Shown in pieces: positions 25,193 to 36,048 of a stretch of 64,000 nucleotides of DNA. The notes below the pieces were generated by a model. It ran no database searches and was not told the origin of the DNA. It was given only the letters and a program-made list of their open reading frames with translations. How positions within the stretch are numbered: position 1 is the stretch's first letter; every line of letters starts with the position of its first letter. The stretch lies in assembly GCA_002269645.1 (NCBI GenBank), contig NIVC01000630.1:62001-126000 (forward strand), in the 5' to 3' direction. A program made the translations under genes and the position numbers. This DNA comes from Macrostomum lignano (lineage: Eukaryota).

Positions 25193-25975
25193 TCTAAATA
25201 TACTAAATCTCTAATATTTGTATGCTTGAATGAATGAATGTCCATAACGCTCTAGAGATTGCAATTCTTCACTGATTTTGATTGTGTTTTCAATCAAATA
25301 TACTAAAAATGAAAAAATTGCTTGCTTGCTTATATGCAATCGATTATCTCCCAAAAGGCTCAACCAATTTAACTTGCGTAACCAATTAAAGGGGGGTTAT
25401 AATAAAAATTCTGGATGCTAGCAGACAGCCTACCCCAGCTAGTCTTATATACTAAAAATAAGTTGTTTGTATATAGCTATGCAATTGATTTCAGAAAAAA
25501 TGGCTCAACAATTTTCTTCAAACTTGTACCATTCAATCAGAAATTTCCTTGGGATGGTACATGCATCTTGGTTAAGACATTGCTCAATGTTAAAGGGATT
25601 AAGTATTTGAAAAACATGTTTTTTTGCAAAGGTCAAACCAAATTTTTGACTTGAAATGCATTATAAAAATGCTAGAGAAAAACCTGACTAACTGAATTTT
25701 GATTCTGATAAAGATTACATCACAACAAGTTCAAAACCCATGTCAAAAAAATGTGCACAAGACTTGATTAAAATTGTGTAACTATATTGCTAACTTAAAT
25801 TGAAACTGATACTGGCTGACTGAGAAATTGATTATGTCATAACTTTTTACTCTAACTTACTTGCTATAAGTATTGAATTATAAGGGCCACAATTCATGTT
25901 CTCCAATTAAAAAGAGATAGCCTAGATGCAAACAGACTGGACTACTAATGTAGTGACCTGGCTTCAAATCGTAGT
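25193..25975 (+). mobile_element. Non-autonomous Helitron/DINE-like element, copy A
   Basis: Starts TCTAAATATACTAAA followed by a (TGAA)n tract. Shares blocks with 28895-30290 (ATCTCCCAAAAGGCTCAACC, AACTTGCGTA.CCAATTAA, GAAATTGATTA, ACAATTCATGTT, GCCTAGA..AAACAGACTG). The same 5' end also occurs at 16623. Confidence 0.55.
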
Positions 25976-26029
25976 ATTAAAAAATAACTTTTATTAACAC
26001 ACCTTAAAAACACAAAATGCTAAACATAA

Positions 26030-26965
26030 AAGAGCCACCATATCAAACATTTAAGAGCCACTATGTCAACCATTTAAGAGCCACCATGTCAAACATTAAA
26101 GAGCCACCATATCAAAAATGAAAGAGCCACCATGCTAAACATATATGTGACTCCATGTCAATCATTAAAGAGCCACCATGTCAAAAATTAAAGAGCCACC
26201 CACCATTTCAAACATTAAAGAGCCACTATGTTAAAAATAAAAGAGCCATCATGTCAAACATTAAAGAGCCACCATGTCAAACATATACATGACTCCATGT
26301 TAAACATAAAAGAGCCACCATGTCAAACATATATGTGACTCCATGTCAAACTTTAAAGAGACACCATGTCAAACATAAAAGAGACACAATGTTGAACATT
26401 AAAAAGCCACAATTTCAAACATAAAAGAGCCACCATGTCAAACATAAAAGAGCCACCATGTCAAACATTAAAAAGCCACCATGTCAAACATATACATGTC
26501 TCCATGTTAAACATTTAAGACACACCATGTTGAACATAAAAGAGCCACCATGTAAAACATATACATGACTCCATGTCAAACATTCAAGAGCCACCATGTC
26601 AAACACATACATGACTCCATGTCAAACATTGAAGTGACACCATGTTGAACATTAAAGAGTCACCATGTCAAACATGAAAGAGCTACCAAGTCAGACATAA
26701 AAGAGCCGCCATGTCAAGCATATATATGACTCCATGTCAAACCTTAAAGAGCCACTAGGTCAAACATTAAAGAGCCACCATGTCAAACATAAAAGAAGCA
26801 CTATGTAAAACAGAATAGAGGCACTGTGTTAAACATAAAGAGCCACCATGTCAAACATAGAAGAGCTACCATGTGAAACAATAATGAGCCACCATGTCAA
26901 ACATAAAGGAGACATTATTTCAAATGTAAAAAGAAGCTTCATGTCAAGCATAAAGGAGCCACTAT
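26030..26965. repeat. ~23-bp minisatellite ATAAAAGAGCCACCATGTCAAAC
   Basis: Visible degenerate tandem array. Confidence 0.93.
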
Positions 26966-27624
26966 AAAGCTAAGGAAATTGTTGCACTAGCAGCTACTTG
27001 TTGTCTGGTAGATGCTTGCTATTTAAGGATAGATAATTGCTATCAGGGGGATGCTTGCTATCTGAGGGATGCTTGCTATCTGGGGTAACTCACAAGGGTA
27101 ACTTGGGATGCTTGCTATCGGAAGGATGCTTATGCTTGCTCTTGAGAGGTAGAAGGTACTTGCTATCTGAGAGAGGATTGCTAGCTATCTATAAAGGATT
27201 CTTTGTATCCAAGGATGCTGGCTATCTGGGGGATGCTTGCTTTCTGGGATCTTTGTTACTTTTACGGAGCAGAGATTTTATCCAGATGTCCCCCATTGGG
27301 GGGCAAAGATTGCTAGTATTTCCTATATCTAAAAATCACAAAAATGCATGACACAGCTCCAATATTTGGTTTTATAAATCTACAAGCTATTGAAACCCGC
27401 GGATTTTGAACCCGGGAAATTCCAATCCCCGGAACTACTTTTGCATGTAATCTGAAATCAAGGCCATACACAAACAAATTAATGTTAGTAGGATAGAGGT
27501 AGACATAAAATGGAGCACATTTGTGTAAAATTAGGGTTTGAGGCAAACGTTGATATTGTTTGCTGGGGTACTCCACAGAATGCCAGGCAATGTCTGTCTG
27601 ACTCTAAAACATGTATTGGCAAAC

Positions 27625-28060
27625 TCTGGCCTCTCCCTGACTCTCCCTATGTCCCTTGGATCCTTTAAAATTTCTATCGTCTCTTTGTTTCCTCTCATCT
27701 CTCTCGGCCCTCGTCTCTCCTCTCTCCTCTCTCCCCTCTTCTCTCGTATCTTCCCTCATCTCTCTTCTCTTTCATCTCTCTTCTTTTCTCTCTCCTCTCC
27801 TTTCTCCTCTCTATTTTTTCGTTTTCTCTCTCCTCTCCTCTCTCTCCCCCTCTCCTCTCTCCTCTCACCCCCTCTTCTCTCTTATCTTCCTTCTCCTTTC
27901 TATTCTTTTCTCTCTACTCTAAACTCTCTCCTCTACTCTCTCATTTCTCCCCTCTTCTCTCGCCTCTTCCCTCACCTCTTTTTCTCTCTCGTCTTTGCTC
28001 TCTCATCTTTCCTTTCTCTTCTTTTATCTTTTCTCTCTTATCTCTTCTCATTTCTCTCTG

Positions 28061-28112
<52 letters not shown>

Positions 28113-28450
28113 CTCTCTTCTCTCTCCTTCTCTCTCTACTCTCTCCCCTCTCCATTCTCCTCTTTCCTCTCCTCTCTCCTCACTCACTTCTCTACCTTTG
28201 TCTCTCCTCTCTCCTCTCGTCTCTGTAACCTCTCCTCTGTTCTCTCTACTCTCCCATCTTTTATCTGTTCACTCTCGTCTCTGCTCTCTCATTTCTACTC
28301 TCTCCTCTCGCTTTTCCTCTCTCCCCTCTTCTACCCCTCTCTCTCATCGTCCTCACCCCCTCATCTCTCCTATTATCTTTTATCTTTTCTTTTATCCCCT
28401 CTGTCGCCTCTCCTCTCTTCGAATTGTCTATTCCTTCTTCTTTCCACTTT
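27625..28450. repeat. CT-rich low-complexity / (CT)n tract
   Basis: Almost purely pyrimidine on the plus strand. Confidence 0.95.
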
Positions 28451-28894
28451 CATCTGCCCCTCAGCTATGAGCTGGATTCTTGATCTGGCCTTTGAGGTAA
28501 AAGTCTGCCCATCCCTGCTTGGAAAGCCAGTTTGTGGGACGTACTACTCTCATCGTTATTCTCATGCTTTGATCACGTTATCTTTCTTGCCAATTTGCAG
28601 CCCTGAAAGGAATTTGTGTATCTTCAGCTCCACTGCAGTCTGCATCAGTCTAACAACCAAAGAAATACGCATTTCTTAGAAGGCCATTTAATATTTACAC
28701 AGTACCTTTAAAAGAAACCTAAAATTTCCATGGTGTGCCTAATTTAGTAGGGTTGTATTGCATTGCATCGCATCGCCTTTTCATAAATATTTCGCTTTTA
28801 CAAACCATTCTGGATTGCCTCGATTTGCCAATTGCCATCCACTGTTAAACTGCTGCAGAGTTTGCCTATACAGAGGGGAGGGCAGTGGTTAGAA

Positions 28895-30290
28895 TCTAAT
28901 ATATCTAAAGTAGCAACCCCCCCTCCACCGGCCCTGTCTGTCTGTGGGTATGTAACAGGTTATCTCCCAAAAGGCTCAACCGATTTTCTCCGTTTCTTCG
29001 CCAAAAGATGTCAAATGTGCCCGGGACGGTACATGTAATTTTATTAAGCTCTAGCTCAATGCTAAGGGGATTAAATATTCGAAAAACTGTTTTAAATGGC
29101 CTTTTTAGTGTATTTTTTTATCAGCCTGCGCGCAGCGAGAAACTTCACAGCCAATTTTAATGATTGCGCCAGAGCCAACTGATAAGAAAATTCACTTTGC
29201 CCCACTGCCCAGATAATTACTCTAATTAACTTGCGTATCCAATTAAGGGGGGGGGTATAATAAAAATTCTGGATGCTTCCAATATATTAAAAATATACTA
29301 AAAATCAAAACTTCCATCCAATATACTAAAAATCAAAACTATGTACCTATAGGAACCTTCGTGTAACTTGGCTCTACATGGTCGGAATTTCGCGGGGTTT
29401 TCTGCATTCGATGCGTATTGATGGCGCGCTGGTACACGAAATTTTGCTAAGAAATTGCTTCATTTTTTCGGGCTTAAATATTCGAAAAACTCGATTTTTG
29501 CCCCGCATTTTTAAGTTCAAACAGTTCTTTCCAATTGAGAAGCATTCTGACTGCCGATGGAATTGTATTGCATCATAACTCAGTGCCAACTATAGCATTG
29601 GTTCTCTACACTGGCGTAGAGAGCTATAAGCGTTGAAAGGTTGCGCAACACCTTTTAGTTATTGAATTGAGGGGCGGGTATTGCCATTCAATGAGTCCCG
29701 GGCATTGGCTTGGTTGTGAATTTCAATGCATCAACTGCAGGCCTCTCACTGTAGCTGGCGCTGAATGTACACCTTTATGAATTTGACTGCTTTAAAGTAG
29801 GAATATCAAACCGTTGTTTGTGCTTCGAGTTTTTCACTTTCAGAAGAGAGCCTTGTATTGCTGGAAAGAGCTAGAAACGCTGAGTTCGAGAATATAATCT
29901 GTTTGCTGAGATTTGAAAAATTAAAAGCACAGCATAAAAAAGAAATTTCTATACTTTTTACTCTATATTCTCATTGTACGCTCTCTCATATCGCAAACCC
30001 CTATTTATCGCAACTCCACTATTCAAGCCAGTGCCATTAGATCTAAATTTAGATTGCGTAACCATATTGTTGACTTTAATTGTTGACTTTATTAATTGAA
30101 ACTAATATTGACTGCCTGAGAAATTGATTACGTCGTAACTGCTTCGAGTGATTTCTACTCTATGCTGGGAGTTTTCAAAGTGTTGAAATATATAAGTGCT
30201 ACAATTCATGTTATCAAAACGATGAGAGCTAGCCTAGAGGTAAACAGACTGAACTGCTAATGCAGCGACGTGGGTTCAAATTTTTAGAGT
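28895..30290 (+). mobile_element. Non-autonomous Helitron/DINE-like element, copy B
   Basis: A|TCTAATATATCTAAA start, CTGTCTGT tract, AAGGCTCAACCGATTTT motif; colinear similarity with copy A. Confidence 0.55.
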
Positions 30291-30589
30291 GTTGAAGTTT
30301 TTTATTAAAAAAATTAATTTCAAGAAAGCTAAAGGAATCTTAAAAATGTCAAGTAAATCAGGTAAAAGAGAAGAAGCTACGAGCGTTCATGTAGTATAAT
30401 CAAAAATTTTATTCAACTTTAAATTTTGAAAAGTTTTAAAAAGGACTATTCCAATAGATAAGAAATTAATTATTGTAATAGCTGACGAAATTGTTTCACA
30501 ATCTTGCTGGGGTACTTTCTATCAGGGGATGCTTGCTATCGGAAGGACGCTTGCTTTTGGGAATGCTTGCTCGGGGGAGATTGCTAACT

Positions 30590-33175
30590 GGGGGAATCAC
30601 TGAGATGTCAAGGCTTAGTGGGGAAATTCCTGAGATGTCAAGTCTTAGAGGGGGGAGGGAATTGCTGAGATGTCAAGGCTTAGAGGGGGGAGGGAATTGC
30701 TGAGATGGCAAGGCTTAACAGGGACTTGCTGAGATACCAAGGCTTGGTGGGGAAATTCCTGAGATGTCAAGTCTTGGTGGGGAAATTCCTGAGATGTCAA
30801 GTCTTGGGGGGGGGGAGAATTGCTGAGATGCCAAGGCTAAAAAGGGACTTGCTGAGATGCCAAGGCTTAAGAGGGACTTGCTGAGATGTCAAGGCTTAAG
30901 AGGGACTTGCTGAGATGCCAAGGCTTAAGAGGGACTTGCTGAGATGCCAAGGCTTAAGAGGGACTTGCTGAGATGCCAAGGCTTAAGAGGGACTTGCTGA
31001 GATGCCAAGGCTTGGTGGGGAAATTCCTGAGATGTCAAGTCTTAGGGGGGGGGGGAATTGCTGAGATGTCAAATGCTTAGAGGGACTTGCCGAGATGTCA
31101 AGACGTAAGACGGAATTGCTGAGATTTCAAGGCTTGGGGGGGGAATTACTGAGATGCCAAGGCTTGAGGGCGAATTGCTGAGATGTGAAGGCTTGGGGAA
31201 TTTCCGAGATGTCAATGCTTGGTGGGGAAATTCCTGAGATGTCAAGTCTTAGAAGGGGGAAATCTGTGAGATATCAAGTCTAAGGGGGGAATTGCTGAGA
31301 TGTGAAGGCTTGGGGGAATTTCTGAGATGTCAAAATCTTAGGGAAGGGAATTGCAGAGATTTCAAGTCCTGAGGGCGAATTGCTGAGATGTCATGTCTTT
31401 GGGGGGAATTCTATGGATTGGGGATTCTTTGAATGAGGGAGGGTGCTTCTAATATATATCTTTGGATAGTGATTCATTGGGGAATTCCTTCATTGGGGGA
31501 TTACTAAATCGATGAAGGGTTCTTTGAATGGGGGATTCTTTAGCTGAAGGCTTCTTTCTATAGAGTGATCCTTTGGATATGAGATTATTTGGGGGGGATT
31601 CTTTATGAGGGGATTCTTTGGATGGGGAGTATTTCAACGGTGGTTCTTTAGATGAGGGGATTCTTTGGCCAATGATTCTTTTGATGGGGGATTATTTGAA
31701 TGGGAGATTCTTAAGAGGGGGATTCTTTGGATAGGGGTGGATGGGGGATTCTTTGAATAGGGATGGATGGGGGTTCTTTGGATAGGGATGGATCTGGGGT
31801 TCTTTGGATAGGGATGGATGGGGGGTTCTTTGGATGAGGGATTCTTTGAACGGAGATTCTGTGGAGGTCAAGTCTTAGGGGGGGGATTGCTGAGATGTCA
31901 ACGCTTTTGACTAGGAGAAATTGCTAAGATGTCAAGATTTACTAGGGGGAATTAAATTACTGAGATATAAAGACTTACTGGGTGAATTACTGAGATGTCA
32001 TTGCTTAATGGGAAATTCCTTAGATGTCAAGTCTTACAGAGGGGAATTGCTGAGATGGCAAGACTTACTTCGGAAATTACTGAGATATAAAGGCTTACTG
32101 GGGGAATTTCTGAGATGTCAAGGCGTGGGGGGAAGTTCTGAGATGTCAAGACTTGAGACGGGGAGAAATTGCTAAGATGTCAAGTCTTAGGGGGGGGGGT
32201 AATTACTGAGATGTCAAGGCTTAAGGGTAATTTTTGAGATGTTAAGTCTTGGGGAGGGGAATTACTGAGATTTCAAGGCTTGGTAAGAATGATTCATTGG
32301 GAACTTCTTTCGATGGGGGATTCTTTCGATGAAGGGTTCTTCCGATAAAGGGATCTTTTGGATTGGATTGGATTTGGATTGTTTGGACGGAGATTATTTG
32401 CATGAGGGGATTCTTTAGATGGGGGTTATTTGGATGGGTGTTCTGTAGATGAGGGGATTCTTTGGCCAAGGATTCTATTTGGATGGGAGATTCTTTGGAT
32501 TCTTTGGATGGGGGGTTCTTTGGATTCTTTGGATGGGGTTTATGTTAATGGGGATTATTTGGATGTGGATTCTTTAGAGGGGGGTTTTCTGGAGGGGGAT
32601 TCTTTGGATTCTTTGGATTGGGATTATTTGGACGGGGGTTCTTTAGATGAGGGGATTATTTTGTCAATGATTTTTTAGATAAGGGATGATTTGGATTTCA
32701 GAATCTTTGGATTATTTAGATGGGGATTTTGTGGATGGGGATTATTTGGATGTCGATTATTTAGATGGGGATTCTTTGGATAGGGATAGATTTGAGATTC
32801 TTTGGATGGGGATTCTGTGTATGGCGGATTCCTTGGATAGGAAATTCATTGGATGGGGATTCTTCGAATCAGGATTCTATCAATGGGGGGCTCTTTGAAT
32901 GGAGGATTCTTTGGATATAGGATTCTTTGCATGTGAGATTCTATGGATGGGCGATTCATTGGATGGGGAATTCTTCAGATAGGAGGATTCCTTTAGTGGG
33001 GAATTGTGTGGATTGTGTGGAGTGGGGAATTGAGTGGATTCTATCGATGGAGGTTCTTTAGATGGCGGATTCTTTGGATAGTGAATTCTTTGCATGTGAG
33101 ATTCTTTGCATCAGAGATTTTATAGATGGGGGATTTTTTGGATGAGGGATTCTTTGGATGTGGGATTCAGTGGGG
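30590..33175. repeat. Composite G-rich satellite of alternating GAGATGTCAAG(G/T)CTT and GGGGATTCTTTGGAT blocks (A-B-A-B)
   Basis: A about 30590-31410 and 31870-32280; B about 31420-31870 and 32290-33175. Confidence 0.9.
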
Positions 33176-33245
33176 TGAAATTTTATTGCGTGGGAAAACT
33201 GTGATTGGAGTTTGGACGGAAAGCCCCAACGGGGGTTGGAATTGG

Positions 33246-34031
33246 CTAGTTTTTCACTAAACTGTTATGGCTAAACGTAGCCTCTCCACTCGCGGGGGTG
33301 CAGAGAAGGTTATAAATAAAGTTATTCCAAAACACTGTACATTTGCTATGTACATTCAGCCCTATCGCCTGACCCTTCGTCTGAGCTGGGGGAATGAGTG
33401 AGTGTTTGGCACAAACAACAGAAAAAGCAGACAAACTTCACATGCTTACAGTTTCTTTTTCGGTTGAGTTACAGAGTTGAAACTTTACATTTAGATAGAG
33501 AATGAGTCAATGAAGAATTGTGTCAAGTTTGAAGTCAATCGCTTTACGTGGAGCAAACTTATGGCAGCTGAAAGTTAGTCAATTTTGAAACCCTTTTACA
33601 CATCTGGGCCCAGATCGGGATCAGGAAAGAGAGGCAGGCGGGCGAAGGTTGGGGTGGTTGCTACGCTGAAAAAAACAGCCTAACTTTAAAGGCGCACAGC
33701 ACTGCTCAGGATTAACTTTGATACTCGAAATTTTACATGATTGTGCCAAAATAGTTAAAGATTATCTGTGTCAAATTTGAAGAGAATCGGTAGAAGTGGA
33801 GCGGCGCTATGGAGAATTTAGTGAAAAAATCGCGCATTTTGAGCAGTTTTTTGTACTTTTAGGTAGGAAGACTTGAGTCTAGGAAATTTAAAGGTAGCCT
33901 AAGACATTCTCCGTAGTAAGTTTAGGGTGGGTGTAAAGTTTGGTGTCATTTGGTTGAGCGGTTTGGGAGTCCATAGCGAAGTAATTTGTCCACAGACAGA
34001 CAGACAGAGTTTTGGTTTTTATAGGTAGAGA
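33246..34031 (-). mobile_element. Non-autonomous Helitron/DINE-like element
   Basis: Minus strand: A|TC 5' end at 34031, (CTGT)n tract, AAACCGCTCAACCAAAT motif, GGCTA-CGTT-TAGCC hairpin (33269-33282) shortly before a CTAG 3' end (33246-33249). Confidence 0.6.
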
Positions 34032-34302
34032 TTTTGTCATCTCTGTTATAAATATTTATTACACAGTCAGCTAAGAATGATAAAATAGACTTATAAAGCC
34101 AAAGAGCTGAGCTAGGGCATTTTAATGTATTTTAGGCACAAGACATATGAAAACATACATGCACAACCTCCAAAATTTGGTTGGCCGTGCAACTTAGTTT
34201 AAACAAAAAACATAGTTTTTGGCCAAAAATGCAACATAGTTTTTGGCCAAAAATGCGACATACATGTAAAAGAAACCCTAAAGCAAAATTAACATAACTT
34301 TA

Positions 34303-34365
34303 GGTAAATGGTGGGAGTAACTATGACTGTCCTTTTAAGGCAAAATGCATCGTCATCTACTTAGT
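34303..34365 (+). pseudogene. Degenerate 28S rRNA fragment (helix 69-71 region containing the R2 / I-PpoI target site)
   Basis: GGTAAATGGTGGGAGTAACTATGACTGTCCTTTTAAGGCAAAATGCATCGTCATCTACTTAGT versus conserved 28S GGTAAACGGCGGGAGTAACTATGACTCTCTTAAGGTAGCCAAATGCCTCGTCATCTAATTAGT. Confidence 0.8.
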
Positions 34366-35952
34366 ACTACTTGGGTATTAATTCAGGTGAGCATATTTGC
34401 AACTTACATTGGTTGGCTGCCAAATTGATTGGCCAACTGTTGCGCATATATGTATAAAAATGTACAAAGAAAAAAAATTAACAGAATCCTAATTTTTTTA
34501 AATGAAAAGCTTTATAAATATCAATAGAACAATAAAAAGGCACAAAATATCAAAAGATGAACACTGGATATGCCTCCTATCAAAAGCCATAACAATTTTT
34601 GTGTTGAAAAAATGAAAACTTCCTATTTCCATTGTGTATTTTTGGGAAAACCAGCCTTCAAAATTTTTCTAAGAAATGAGGTTTCCCGTCCTACTTAGGT
34701 TGTCCTTGCACCATCGTCCATCATTGATGCCCTTTTGGCAAACAGGGGTATTTTTTAGCTTGCCTATGCCTTGCCTGCAAGGCTATACAATGCAACCCTA
34801 AGCCAAAGGGCAATATCACATCATTAAGGACCAAATGTTTTTAAAAAAGTTTACTTCCAAAAATTGTATATATTTTAAACAAATTTGACATTGCATTATC
34901 ACTTCTTGTATTCTCTAGCTATAATATAATAGCTGGTTCAGCTATAATAATCAGCTATAATTTTGCTGATTTGCCATAGGGCCTAATGTCTACTTGACAA
35001 AATGCCATACTCTAGTCTAGATCATGTAGTATATGCCCAAAAATTTGGGCATGCACTAGCCTTGCATGCCAAAATTTAGGCATGCACAATTGTCATGCAA
35101 GATGCTAGATTTCACATGCAAGAAGTCACAAAAACATTTTTTGAGTATTTAGAATAAATTTTAGCTACTTTAGACAAAAATGCAATGAAAATTTGCAATT
35201 AGAAATCCATCTAAAATCATAAATAGGCTTTTTTCATAAATATTTGTTATAGAATCGGGATTTTTAATAGCTCTATTAGTTTAGATGTAATCTAAAGATT
35301 TGTATTTCTTTGTGGCAAGATTTCCTCAATAGCAAATATTATAATTGTGTCAAAGAAACCTAAGACTAATTTTTTGCTTCAGACACTTAGGTCTTAGTGT
35401 GCTAGTGCACCAAATAATTAATTTGCATATATATGATTCTTATTATAGTTGAAGTTTCAATTGGTCCTCAAAACTCACAAATTATTTTTGTTCTAATTCA
35501 TTTGTTCTGTTTATAATTTAAGCAATAAAATGCATATACCTGATTGTAATATAGCTTTGTAAACATAAGTTTTTGTTAGAAGCCCAATGTATGATTTTAA
35601 AGACAGAAAATGTAAAATTTCTGTATCTAAGTTCTTATAAGTTCCTAATGATACTAACATACTACTTCTTTTAAAATAGTATTTACTGATTGCTTGAAAA
35701 CATTTTGGTTATGTGGCAAAGATACAAGGAAAAGGTACAAGCTGCTAGGTTTTTTAAAATTATCTGAAGCTTCTAAAATGCCATTTACTTCTTGGTTTTA
35801 AATTCAATATGCTATCTTTCTAGCTATATTTCTATGATTAATAAAGATCACTCAAATTTGACAATTTGTATAAGTATTAATATTCCAGGAATCATTATTA
35901 AAATTCAGGTTGATGTGTTATGCCACACAAAAGTCAATAGTATTTGATAATC

Positions 35953-35969
35953 ACTCTACTTATTGCATG
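35953..35969 (+). other. SL relic ACTCTACTTATTGCATG upstream of VDAC
   Basis: 15/17 match to the SL 3' end, sense strand, 79 nt before the VDAC ATG. Confidence 0.7.
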
Positions 35970-36048
35970 CTTTGGCAGCAATCTCTTTAAAGAAGACACT
36001 TCATTATATTTTCCCCTGATCTAAACTACACTGCAACACGTAGTAGAC

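Noticed and set aside
21780-25214. Plus-strand ORFs of 60-163 aa over the LINE (similar antisense ORFs over POLR3A, PSMB3, VDAC and SCLT1)
   Set aside because: Antisense shadows of GC-rich coding sequence with no recognisable domains.
27538-28470. 310-aa S/L/P/F-rich ORF (similar ORFs at 55985-57569 and 61287-62201)
   Set aside because: Low-complexity CT or GATA tracts lack stop codons in some frames; the latter two lie inside reconstructed introns.
25061-34401. GCATATTTGCA shared by the LINE 5' end and 34391 (octamer-like)
   Set aside because: A single 11-mer with no extended similarity or downstream snRNA-like sequence; no tRNA or snRNA gene was recognised anywhere in the window.
17663-35122. 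Other TTGCATG hits (about 17663, 19045 minus, 27441, 32397, 32926, 33088, 35062, 35094 and 35115 minus)
   Set aside because: Only 7-9 nt matches in intergenic or repeat DNA with no adjacent gene. They define the background and are why the TFIIA and SCLT1 relics are rated weak.
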